Shown here: positions 1 to 8,378 of the stretch, in pieces
How the letters are laid out: every line of letters begins with the position of its first letter
Numbering within the stretch: position 1 is the stretch's first letter
DNA from: Okeania sp.
GTDB taxonomy: Bacteria > Cyanobacteriota > Cyanobacteriia > Cyanobacteriales > Microcoleaceae
DNA: 32,000 bases
Reading direction: 5' to 3'
Assembly: GCF_035285525.1 (NCBI RefSeq)
Contig: NZ_JAYKGW010000138.1
Location: 1-32,000, forward strand
The notes under the pieces: model-generated
Database searches by the model: none
What the model saw: the letters and a program-made list of their open reading frames with translations, nothing else
Told to the model about the DNA's origin: nothing
Translations under genes and position numbers: made by a program

Positions 1-330
1 ACGCAAGTAGAGGAGGGTTTCTCAGTTAAATTAACAACTCATCTAGAAATTAGATAAACCCACCCTCCAATGATATGATATAACGCAAGTAGGGGCGGGT
101 TTCTCTGTTAAATTAACAACTCATCTAGAAATTAGATAAACCCACCCCCCAATGATTATGATATAACGCAAGTAGAGGAGGGTTTCTCAGTTAAATTAAC
201 AACTCATCTAGAAATTAGATAAACCCACCCCCCAATGATTATGATATAACGCAAGTAGGGGCGGGTTTCTCAGTTAAATTAACAACTCATCTAGAAATTA
301 GATAAACCCACCCTCCAATGATATGATATA
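1..330. repeat. Tandem array of four 82-83 bp units (1-82, 83-165, 166-248, 249-330), cut by the window edge. Each unit carries a GC-rich inverted repeat.
   Basis: The unit ACGCAAGTAG(A/G)GG(A/C)GGGTTTCTC(A/T)GTTAAATTAACAACTCATCTAGAAATTAGATAAACCCACCC(T/C)CCAATGAT(T)ATGATATA repeats head to tail with no unique spacers. The arms GG(A/C)GGGTTT and AAACCCACCC are partly complementary. Confidence 0.9.
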
Positions 331-457
331 ACCAACTAGACTGATACAGCTAACACCTTCTATGAGGGTGAGTTTACATCAGTTTGAGAGTAAGCAAGGA
401 AATCTATGCTCAAACCCGCCTCTACAAGATTTCACGAATCGCCCCTAATATTGCAAC

Positions 458-1546
458 TTACTGAGATGATAACTTTCTCTCTACCTCAGCAATAGCAGCA
501 TCATGTTCTGCTGCGGTACGACTAAAAATATGAGTACCATCATAGCGAGCCATAAAATACAAATATTCTGTATCTTCTGGATTAAGAGTTGCTTCTAAAC
601 TAGCTAAACCTGGACTAGCAATAGCAGTTGGTGGCAAACCAGTATTCATATAAGTATTATAAGGAGAAGGTGTTTCAACCTGACGATAAGTAAGAGGCTT
701 ATCTTTGGTTTGACGGATACCAAGTCCATATTCAACTGTTGGATCTGCTGCCAACCTCATACCTTGCTCCAAACGATTATTAAAAACACCTGAAATTAAA
801 CCACGTTCTTCTGCAACTACAGCTTCCTTTTCCACAATACTTGCCAGAGTCACCCACTCATGGAAACTCAATTTTTTTGTATTCTGGGAATTTTTCTGAT
901 ATACTGGGAGAGCTATTTTTTCAAACTGTCCTAGCATTTGATTAACAATAGCTTCTGGAGTAGTGTTCTCTGGCGCTATTTTATAAGTATCTGGGAATAG
1001 ATAACCTTCTAGATGAGGTATATTTTCTGGCAACCAGGGAAACTTATTGTAAGGAATATTTTTGGTAGCAGCAATAAAATCAGCAGCAGGGAAAAAACCT
1101 TCAGTTTCCAGATACTCTGCCATTTGTGCGATTGACCATCCTTCACGAATGACGTAGCTTTGTTTAACTACCTCTCCGTCTAAAATTTTATCTGCTATGA
1201 CACTAAGTGGTTCGGTGAGTGATAAATTATAAGTACCAGCTTTAAATTCCAGGTCAGGATTTTGTAAGCTTAGCCATTTAACCCATAAATTCCAAGCTGT
1301 TGAAGAGCGAATTATACCAGCAGTTTCTAACTTCTCCCCTATTTGTTGCCCATAAGTACCTATAGGAATTTTGATGGTAACAATATTTGCTTCCGGAGAT
1401 TCAGTAGATGATGTGACTGAAACTACAGGTCCACTTACCCAACTCCACCAACTCCAACCTTGCCAAGCAAAAATACCACAGGTTATAGGTAAGATAGCTA
1501 AGTAATACAAGGCACGATTAGAAATTAGTTCAATACTTTTTTTCAT
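458..1546 (-). CDS. mltG: Endolytic murein transglycosylase MltG (YceG family)
   Basis: 362-aa ORF with an ATG start. It has an N-terminal TM helix (LYYLAILPITCGIFAW) followed by a YceG-like domain with the hallmark EGYLFPDTY motif. It lies next to the DUF1292-like gene and ruvX, as in other bacteria. Confidence 0.9.
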   Translation of the reverse strand: MKKSIELISNRALYYLAILPITCGIFAWQGWSWWSWVSGPVVSVTSSTESPEANIVTIKIPIGTYGQQIGEKLETAGIIRSSTAWNLWVKWLSLQNPDLEFKAGTYNLSLTEPLSVIADKILDGEVVKQSYVIREGWSIAQMAEYLETEGFFPAADFIAATKNIPYNKFPWLPENIPHLEGYLFPDTYKIAPENTTPEAIVNQMLGQFEKIALPVYQKNSQNTKKLSFHEWVTLASIVEKEAVVAEERGLISGVFNNRLEQGMRLAADPTVEYGLGIRQTKDKPLTYRQVETPSPYNTYMNTGLPPTAIASPGLASLEATLNPEDTEYLYFMARYDGTHIFSRTAAEHDAAIAEVERKLSSQ

Positions 1547-1684
1547 TTGATTAAGTTAATATTTTTTGGCAAAAAAAATTACTTCGAGCAAGTCTACTCT
1601 AAGAATTATGAATTGGACTATTCTAGAATATTACTAGGTCTTAAATCTTTAGCTAAATGACTTAATTTACAAACTACAAAAGGT

Positions 1685-2257
1685 TTATTCCATATCATCA
1701 AACAATTGATCTTCTAGCATTACTTGAACCATTGGCTGAATTTCTTTAAACTCTTCTTCAGAAAGTAATTCTAATTTCCCATGATCGCTTTTACGAGCTG
1801 GAATTAAAAATGGATCTAATGGTGTATATATAGCGTATTTTTTATCTTCATACAAAAAAGTTGCTAGTTCTTCATAATATTCACTTTCTTCATCATTTTC
1901 ATCTACTTCATCTAGTTCATCTTCATCCCATTCTGGTAACTCTCCAGTAACAGTTAATGTTATTGCTGTTCTTTGCAGGATCAGGTTTTGTTCTTCCAGG
2001 ACAACTTTAGCAGTATCAAAAATTTTATCAATTTCTGATTCATCATCCACTGGAATATTTGCTTGTTCCATATCTTCTGACCCCCAAGTAAATATTTCTA
2101 CAGGTAAGTCTAATGGTAATAACATTACATACTCTTGATTATTTAACTCTAGAGAATACTCTATGGTACAACATAGGGTTCGTTCAGCCTCATCAGTTAG
2201 GGTGATATAGGTTTCTTGAGATTGTCCATTTTCTTGTGGTTCTGGGGATGAAAACAT
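1685..2257 (-). CDS. Acidic DUF1292/DUF3727-like protein (YrzB-like)
   Basis: 190-aa, very D/E-rich ORF. The first half (ITLTDEAERTL...NQEYVMLLPLDLPVEIF...DDESEIDKIFD) fits my memory of the DUF1292 pattern. The second half (YEDKKYAIYTPLDPFLIPA) fits DUF3727. The position between ruvX and mltG is consistent. Confidence 0.75.
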   Translation of the reverse strand: MFSSPEPQENGQSQETYITLTDEAERTLCCTIEYSLELNNQEYVMLLPLDLPVEIFTWGSEDMEQANIPVDDESEIDKIFDTAKVVLEEQNLILQRTAITLTVTGELPEWDEDELDEVDENDEESEYYEELATFLYEDKKYAIYTPLDPFLIPARKSDHGKLELLSEEEFKEIQPMVQVMLEDQLFDDME

Positions 2258-2468
2258 TTTTAGGTATTTTGATTACTTGTTCATTTTCAAAAAATCGGTA
2301 GTTTGGAAGCCATATTGCTTGAGCAATAGCTCTAAAAACACCTAGAAAAACTTTATGAGTATTTCAACACTCAAAAGTTTTCGGAATTACACTTTGCATA
2401 TCATACATCTTTTTCGACCAAAATTAACAATTAACTATCGGTTATAAGATTTATTAAGACTTATAAAC

Positions 2469-2631
2469 GTAAGCATTTCCTAGGTCATGCTGTGCCAACA
2501 GCTATTAGCTTTTAAACATACAGAACTTACTAAGATTAGCTGATCATCTTTTTATTTATGTTTTACTTCTTGGAGACTAATTCCTCCTGAAAAACATTGC
2601 TATAATTAATAACTAATAGCTGAACGCTTAC
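2469..2631. mobile_element. Possible degenerate MITE-like element of the GTAAGCATTCAGC-TIR family
   Basis: The left end GTAAGCATTTCC and the right end GCTGAACGCTTAC are imperfect inverted repeats. Related AGCTATTAGC / TTATTAGCTG motifs occur inside. Confidence 0.3.
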
Positions 2632-3056
2632 CTATTTTCTGGAGAATGAGACCCAAACAGTTATTAGCTGTTCGCTGTCAGAACTTGAAAAAAATTAAGT
2701 AAATTTAAGGTTGAATTATCCTAAATTTTGTGATAATGACAGACAATAACTAATTAGGGTAATAAACATAAAAAAGTAAAAAGTTGTCAAACCATCAATA
2801 TTTCTAATTACAAATAAAATTTCTGCAAAACCTTTTTTTCTATGTTTTATACTTCCTGAGTGAATATAATTTACACATTGGAAGATTACCTTATTTCTAC
2901 CGACTTTTTTATGATAAAAATTGGTAATATCTGCTTATAAAAATTTTATGATTATTCAATATTTCCAATAGTAAAAAATCCCATCAATTTCATTACCTAA
3001 ACTATCAATTAGGGTTTCCTTATACAACGTCTTTTTTGTTGAGCTAGGGAAAAGTC

Positions 3057-3079
3057 ATTAATTATTAATTATTAATTAT
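3057..3079. repeat. STRR heptamer tract (ATTAATT x3.3) overlapping the ruvX stop codon
   Basis: ATTAATTATTAATTATTAATTAT read directly. The ruvX TAA (plus-strand TTA at 3076-3078) lies inside the tract. Confidence 0.9.
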
Positions 3080-3510
3080 CCATTTTCTCTCCTTTCATCA
3101 AGCCATTGCTGCAAAATTAAAGCAGCAGCTTTTCTATCAATTAAACCCTTATTTTGAGAAGGAGAAATATTAGCAGCCTTCAACATTTCTTCAGCTTGAA
3201 TTGAAGTCAAACGTTCATCAACATATTCTATCGGTAATTCGAGAGCTTTTGACAACCTTTGAGCATATTTTTGTATTTGTTTGGCTTGGAAACCAATAGA
3301 ACCATTCATTGTATAGGGCAAACCAACTACCAGAACTTGTACTTGACGGTCTTCAATAATAATTTGCAGTTGAGCTATATCCTGCTGAAAAGAGGTACGT
3401 TTGATAGTAGTAATACCAGTAGCAATTAAACCTGTACCATCACATCCGGCAATTCCCATACGTTTTCTTCCGACATCCAAACCTAGTGCTGAAATTCGAG
3501 ATTGAGCCAT
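3076..3510 (-). CDS. ruvX: Putative pre-16S rRNA nuclease / Holliday-junction resolvase-like RuvX (YqgF)
   Basis: N-terminal ALGLDVGRKRMGIAGCD motif, with a size and overall pattern typical of YqgF. The ORF-track start at 3516 is a TTG. The ATG at 3510 (MAQSRISALGLD...) is the more likely start. Confidence 0.88.
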   Translation of the reverse strand: MAQSRISALGLDVGRKRMGIAGCDGTGLIATGITTIKRTSFQQDIAQLQIIIEDRQVQVLVVGLPYTMNGSIGFQAKQIQKYAQRLSKALELPIEYVDERLTSIQAEEMLKAANISPSQNKGLIDRKAAALILQQWLDERRENG

Positions 3511-3890
3511 TAGCAATTAGAGTTAATTTATCTATCAATTTTATAGTGTAATATAGTCAGGAAGGCAGAAGGCAGAAGGAAAGTATATGAAGTACAACTT
3601 TAATCATTAAACCTTCTCTGTACGAACCGCAAACCTCCCGTGGGTTTACTTCAGGAAAATGGAATCTGTTGTATCTAAAATTTCTTTGCTTTTAGGGCAA
3701 CAGGGAACAAGTAAGAGTTCCGCAGGTTTTGATTTACTTTTTTATTTTTCACAATCAATTGAATTGAGGATTGCTATAATATTTCTCAAACTATTATAGA
3801 TTTGTTTTTCTTCTTTTATACTTCTTAAAACCAAACAATTATTTTTTACCTTACTGATTATGAAAATTTCTATAATTACACAATAAAAAC

Positions 3891-3993
3891 ATAAGCATTC
3901 AGAAATTCAATATTCTCCTTCAAGTTTTAATATTATTGCTCAATGCGATCGCATTCCACAGGAAGACATGACTACTAATAACTGAATGCTTAC
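3891..3993. mobile_element. Small MITE-like element, GTAAGCATTCAGC-TIR family
   Basis: The ends ATAAGCATTCAG (3891-3902) and ACTGAATGCTTAC (3981-3993) are inverted repeats. A HIP1 site (3945-3952) lies inside. Confidence 0.45.
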
Positions 3994-4013
3994 ATCAAAA
4001 AACCATCTCATCT

Positions 4014-5291
4014 TTAGACTTTTTTATCATCCCCATTTTGGGAATTAGGAGATATAAACTTAGAGACAGAATTTACCTTTTTATTTTTTCCTTCCCCACC
4101 AGAATTATCATTCTTGCTTGATTGGGAATTAATCTGAATTTGATGTTTATTTTTCATAATTTTCAACCAAGAACTACGACTAGGAGCAGGCTTTCTAACT
4201 GGTTGTAAACTTTGAAGAAATTCTGAAAATTGGAGGTCATAAATAGCTGACTTAGATTCTCTAACTTTATGCCAAACAGAACGAGACATCAACAAAGTAT
4301 GTTCAATTTGTTGAGCATTTATTCGTTCTAAATATGCTTCACGTTCAGGTTGATAATCAACAGAAGCAAGTTGCAAAGATTGAGGCGGAAAATCTTGAGC
4401 CAATGTTGCCATTTGTGATAATAACTCTGGGTATAACCAAGTATAAGCGGGATGTACAGTTAACTCAGCTATATGTGGTTGTGTACCATCACGACATAAT
4501 TGTACTTGGAAGTAACCTATTGCCGCCTTGCGTTGAGATTCAAACACATACCCACTCACTAACTCAGTATGATTAACCCATTGTTTAACTCCTTCAATCA
4601 AACCACTAATAAAACTTGTTTGAAAATCTTCAACATCGCGGTCAAATACTTGACGCACTGAAGGTGGCATTGATGCTGTATCTAATTGATAGAGCAACTG
4701 AGCATCAGCATTACTAATAGGTAGTAAATTAGGTAAATTTGGCTGTGTTTGGGCTAAATCTTGTAACTGTTGGGAAGTAATTGTCCAGTAAGTAATTTGA
4801 GCCAATGGCTGAAAACCATTTTGGCGGTACAGTGCCATAGTATCTTTATCATTTACATTAACTTCTAATAACCATGTCCGTGCCTCCCAAATTTTTTCAA
4901 AGCAGTATCGAAGCAGTTGAGAACCTATTGCTCTGGTATTTCCTCCTGCTTCAATAAATATTCTTTCTACCCGCCAACTGCTGCGAGTGCGATTTGTGGG
5001 ACAAATTTGAATTACTCCTTTAACTTGTCCATCTACTTCGGCAATGTATGAAGTTAACAAATATTTGCAGGGATTAGGGAAAAGGCTCAACAATTTAAGT
5101 GGCCAATACCAACGATTAATTTCTGCTAATTTCTCACTTAGGTTAATGGGAGAAATATTGAATGTAACATCTCGATGGTTGTGTTGGACTTCTGGTGCTT
5201 CCCAACATAGCTTTTTGATAGTTTCTAGGTCACGATACTCTAGAGGACGTATCTGCACCTGGCTTTGCTTTTGGGGAATAAAAGGTTGCAT
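4014..5291 (-). CDS. GNAT-family N-acetyltransferase with a K/N/S-rich C-terminal tail
   Basis: 425-aa ORF with an ATG start. It has a GNAT-like acetyl-CoA region (VERIFIEAGGNTRAIGSQLLRYCFEKI...LEVNVNDKDTMALYRQNGFQP). The last ~60 aa are low-complexity. Confidence 0.8.
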   Translation of the reverse strand: MQPFIPQKQSQVQIRPLEYRDLETIKKLCWEAPEVQHNHRDVTFNISPINLSEKLAEINRWYWPLKLLSLFPNPCKYLLTSYIAEVDGQVKGVIQICPTNRTRSSWRVERIFIEAGGNTRAIGSQLLRYCFEKIWEARTWLLEVNVNDKDTMALYRQNGFQPLAQITYWTITSQQLQDLAQTQPNLPNLLPISNADAQLLYQLDTASMPPSVRQVFDRDVEDFQTSFISGLIEGVKQWVNHTELVSGYVFESQRKAAIGYFQVQLCRDGTQPHIAELTVHPAYTWLYPELLSQMATLAQDFPPQSLQLASVDYQPEREAYLERINAQQIEHTLLMSRSVWHKVRESKSAIYDLQFSEFLQSLQPVRKPAPSRSSWLKIMKNKHQIQINSQSSKNDNSGGEGKNKKVNSVSKFISPNSQNGDDKKV

Positions 5292-5946
5292 AATTTTTTT
5301 TGGTTTTGGGATTCTTAGGGATTTGCAACTTAATAAAGTACCGATTATTAGTAAATAAAAAAGACTGTGCTTGTCCGCAGCGAGGGGATAATATTAGGCT
5401 CAAGCTTAATTAGCGGGAGTTAACTTAGCTGTAGGCGAAGCCTTCTGGTAGAGAGAGAGTAGCAATCTCTACTCTGTAGATTAGCTGGTAGTCTATTTTG
5501 TTGCTACTCCTTTAAGTCATTTCAGTTAACAGTTATCAGTACCTTTAGTTGTTTGTGTTAGCGTAGCTCCTCTGCAAGAGGTAGTATTCCATAGGAAAAC
5601 TAGAGGATGGAAATACTAAATAGAATATTTTTTTCATCCCCTGAAAGATGGATAATGGATAATTAACTCTTGGTGAAAATCAAGATGATTCAACCAAGTG
5701 GGGAAATACTATTTCTTTTCTCTCCTAAAAATAAACAAGAAGCTTTAAACCTCTGGGGATTAATTATTAATTATTAACTGGAGAGTACAAAGTTCTTTTC
5801 AAGAATAATTTGCTTATCTGACTGAAAGTATTACTGGAAAAGACTTACAACACCTATTAGTCCTGGATAGAAAGTTTCTCACCTTTAGGTAGCTGAAACC
5901 CTTAGCTAGCAATATTTATTCCTAGAACTTTGCACTGTCAAGCTAC

Positions 5947-5966
5947 TTAATTATTAATTATTAATT
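5947..5966. repeat. STRR heptamer tract (TTAATTA x2.9), 15 nt downstream of the stop of the 5982-7160 gene
   Basis: TTAATTATTAATTATTAATT read directly. A related tract, TAATTATTAATTATTAA, is at 5761-5777. Confidence 0.85.
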
Positions 5967-5981
5967 GCCTTCCCAGTTGTC

Positions 5982-7160
5982 TTAGGATAACAATGGCCTA
6001 ATCAAAACTATAGGGGTTTGCTCATCAGCATTTCCCGCTGGATTACTTCTCAAAGCCTCCTCTAGTAAAGGGTGGGATACATCAGAAGTTGCTGCTAATA
6101 TTTTAACTGCTTTTAAGTCATTAACATCTACTATTGCTGCTCCCAGACCTGTTGCTTTTCGTATTTCCTCAACTACTTGCTGAGGATTTTCTGGACCTAA
6201 AACTATAAATTGGTCATAAGGTGGTAGTGTTCCAGTCACATCATCTATTAGTCTGGCTTGTTCTCCAGCAAGTTGATAGAACATTCCAGGTTTTCCTAAT
6301 ATTTTAGCGATGGAACCTCCAATAAAAGCCATTAATACTCTTATTGGTCCAACAACATCCACTAGAGTTTGCATTCCACAAGCTGTGGCCAAACTTGAGG
6401 TGGGCAAAAAGAAGTAACAAATACGTTTGGCCACCCATCCAGGGTTAACATCTGTGGGGTGACGAAAACGGCCTTGAATTAAGGCTAGAGGTGTTTCTCC
6501 TATGGTAACTATATCTCCTGGTTGAGAATGAGGAAGTACATAATTTTTGATGATTTCTATTGGATCGTCTAGTTGAGTTAATAGGTGAGTCGGAATCGGA
6601 AATACTTTGGTATTTTTGGTTTCTCGTTGATTTGGTGTAGCATTGGGGTTAGGAAATTTCAGGGGAACTACAATATGTCGCACTTTGGGGATTCGACCAC
6701 CAGGACCATAAGTGACATAACACACTTTAACCCAAGCTGATTTTAGTTCCTCTAAGTTATTGCCTTGAATATCAATTACTATTTTTAGTCTTGTCTTTTT
6801 TCTTACTTTTACTATATAGGCAAACCAATAATTATCGGCTCTAGCTGGAGCATCTTCATGCAAGGGAATGATTTGAGTTTTATAATTTACTCCTGCTAAA
6901 CTTTCACTAGATAATAGTGTTACTTCTGCCTGTATTTCTGGCACCATAATTTCTAACTTTTTGGTACGGTTGCATAATTCCATTTCACCTACTAAAAGAT
7001 ATTTTTCTGGTTCTGTAACTGCTAAGTTCCAATTTCCTGTGGTTAGCTCTAAGGCATTTCCTGGACGATTTCGATATTGTAATTCTAATGCTAACCAGCT
7101 TAAAATTATAAGTATGGCTAAAATAATAATTCCTGTGGTTAAAATTTCTATAATCATCAT
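5982..7160 (-). CDS. Membrane-anchored protein with a C-terminal F420-0:gamma-glutamyl ligase (CofE)-like domain
   Basis: 392-aa ORF. A GAGGAG Shine-Dalgarno sits 5 nt upstream of the ATG. There is an N-terminal TM helix (IIEILTTGIIILAILIILSWLAL). The segment GDIVTIGETPLALIQGR ... GLGAAIVDVNDL resembles my memory of the CofE-family pattern. Confidence 0.55.
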   Translation of the reverse strand: MMIIEILTTGIIILAILIILSWLALELQYRNRPGNALELTTGNWNLAVTEPEKYLLVGEMELCNRTKKLEIMVPEIQAEVTLLSSESLAGVNYKTQIIPLHEDAPARADNYWFAYIVKVRKKTRLKIVIDIQGNNLEELKSAWVKVCYVTYGPGGRIPKVRHIVVPLKFPNPNATPNQRETKNTKVFPIPTHLLTQLDDPIEIIKNYVLPHSQPGDIVTIGETPLALIQGRFRHPTDVNPGWVAKRICYFFLPTSSLATACGMQTLVDVVGPIRVLMAFIGGSIAKILGKPGMFYQLAGEQARLIDDVTGTLPPYDQFIVLGPENPQQVVEEIRKATGLGAAIVDVNDLKAVKILAATSDVSHPLLEEALRSNPAGNADEQTPIVLIRPLLS

Positions 7161-7199
7161 TTAATCTCCTCACTAAATATTATTTTAATTAAGTTTATC

Positions 7200-7301
7200 A
7201 GGACTCAAGCCACGGGAATCCAGAAACCCGGTACGAGGGTGGATATTTATTGTCAAAAACAATGATTTACTGTAGAAACCGGGTTTCTTTGCGTAAGTCC
7301 T
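7200..7301. mobile_element. MITE-like element, AGGACTTACGCA-TIR family, with internal GAAACCCGGTTTC palindromes
   Basis: The left end AGGACTCAAGCC and right end GCGTAAGTCCT are inverted. Inside are CAGAAACCCGG and AGAAACCGGGTTTCT. It starts 40 bp upstream of the ATG at 7160. Confidence 0.7.
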
Positions 7302-7335
7302 GTTTATTTTAAGTAGGTTGCTGATTAAATCTCAA

Positions 7336-7522
7336 GTGAGCATTCAGCAGTCAGCCATCAGCTATCAGTTTCATTACCTTTAAAGGAGAAAAAAACAATT
7401 TAGAAATTTTCAAATAATTACAAAGTCTGGGTAAAAGTCCATCAGCTAATTTTAATAGTCTATCAAGGTACATTTCATTTATTAAAAAGCTGAGAGCTGA
7501 GAGCTAATGGCTGAATGTTTAC
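7336..7522. mobile_element. MITE-like element, GTAAGCATTCAGC-TIR family
   Basis: GTGAGCATTCAGC (7336-7348) and GCTGAATGTTTAC (7510-7522) are inverted repeats. CAGCTAT / GCTGAGA heptamers lie just inside both ends. Confidence 0.6.
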
Positions 7523-7561
7523 ATTCTTAAAGTTTTTACAGATCAAGGTATTGGCCTTTTT

Positions 7562-7682
7562 ATATCTGGAAAAAGTACCTGGTTTTCAGTTCTTAAATAC
7601 ACGGTTCCCGAAAAATCAAAAAGTTACCATTTTAAGCAACAGTTAAGCAAAAAAAATTACTTTCCTGCTCTTCTACTCCCCT
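7562..7682 (+). repeat. Dispersed ~100-130 bp repeat (family X), copy 1
   Basis: ATATCTGGAAAAAGTACCTGG...ACGGTTCCCGAAAAATCA...TTACCATTTTAAGC...AAAAAAAATTACT aligns with 29881-30011. It aligns more distantly with 29584-29682 and, inverted, with 9649-9747. Confidence 0.75.
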
Positions 7683-8214
7683 AGGGACGCCCTTATGCAA
7701 CGTCCCTACCCTTAAAAAAGACTGAAGAAGCCCCAACCCTAAGTATTCAGCATTTAGCTTTTGAAAGCATAAAGCAATTAGTCAAGGTCAACTAATGACT
7801 TTTTTCTTGACTGGGTTATACTACGCAAGCATAACTCTTAACTATTCCCTACTCCCTACCTCAACAAAAAGATTTTATTCAACTTTTTCATTGACATATA
7901 CTATAAAATATGATAAAAACTATCCTTTAATCTTGCTGGAATAAGAAAACAAAATTCAAAAACATAAACAACAAAAATATATTATTCTATTATGGTGCTT
8001 TTTTTGTAAAGATTCGTAAACTATATAGATAGTATTTTGTGGAATTGGTTGGAGGCAAAAATTAGTCCCAAATTTCTACTGTTGATGTACAAAAGTAGAT
8101 TTGAACTATTTTCCCAAACACATAAAAGCAAAAAATCAGTAACTTTTGACTCAGAAATAAAGTCAATAGCCTCTATTTTAAGGCCATAAAGAAAGTCAAC
8201 TTCAGTATTTCCAA

Positions 8215-8323
8215 CCTCTAGCTTAACTACTATTCCTTCCCGGAATACCCATTGAATGGTAACTACATAACTTCTATCTTTTGTCAAGTTTTATGTTAAG
8301 AAAGATGTTTGTAAAGCATAGAG
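8215..8323 (+). repeat. Dispersed ~110 bp repeat (family Y), copy 1, ending 55 bp upstream of cruF
   Basis: Aligns with 21737-21846 at roughly 80% identity by eye. It includes a near-identical 38-nt core, AAGTTTTATGTTAAGAAAGATGTTT(G/A)TAAAGCATAGAG. Confidence 0.8.
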
Positions 8324-8338
8324 CTGAACTAGAGGGTA

Positions 8339-8378
8339 CTGATAACTGATAACTGATAACCGATAACTGATAACTGAA
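8339..8378. repeat. STRR heptamer tract (CTGATAA x5.7) running directly into the cruF ATG
   Basis: CTGATAACTGATAACTGATAACCGATAACTGATAACTGAA is followed immediately by the ATG at 8379. Confidence 0.95.

Noticed and set aside
1-330. Possible CRISPR array (regular ~83-bp periodicity with palindromic cores)
   Set aside because: The entire 82-83 bp unit repeats, so there are no unique spacers between conserved repeats. No cas genes or leader are visible. The same reasoning applies to the 26048-26403 array.
4334-5358. Plus-strand ORFs (80 and 104 aa) antisense to the GNAT gene. Similar shadow ORFs are at 6961-7173, 8429-8701, 10507-10806, 13296-13523, 16291-16608, 20832-21038, 22790-23181, 24384-24572, 28536-28733 and 28846-29043.
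   Set aside because: All are embedded antisense in, or overlap the ends of, long ORFs with clear family signatures. Their translations are compositionally odd and carry no motifs.
8001-8020. NtcA-type sites (GTA-N8-TAC), for example TGTAAAGATTCGTAAAC, and GTT-N8-TAC near 21570
   Set aside because: None matches the full GTA-N8-TAC consensus at a sensible distance from a -10 box, so I cannot support a call from sequence alone.
8021-8287. 88-aa ORF on the minus strand upstream of cruF
   Set aside because: It starts with TTG. Its 5' part lies within the family Y dispersed repeat, whose second copy (21737-21846) is frameshifted and stop-containing in the equivalent frame. No family is recognised.
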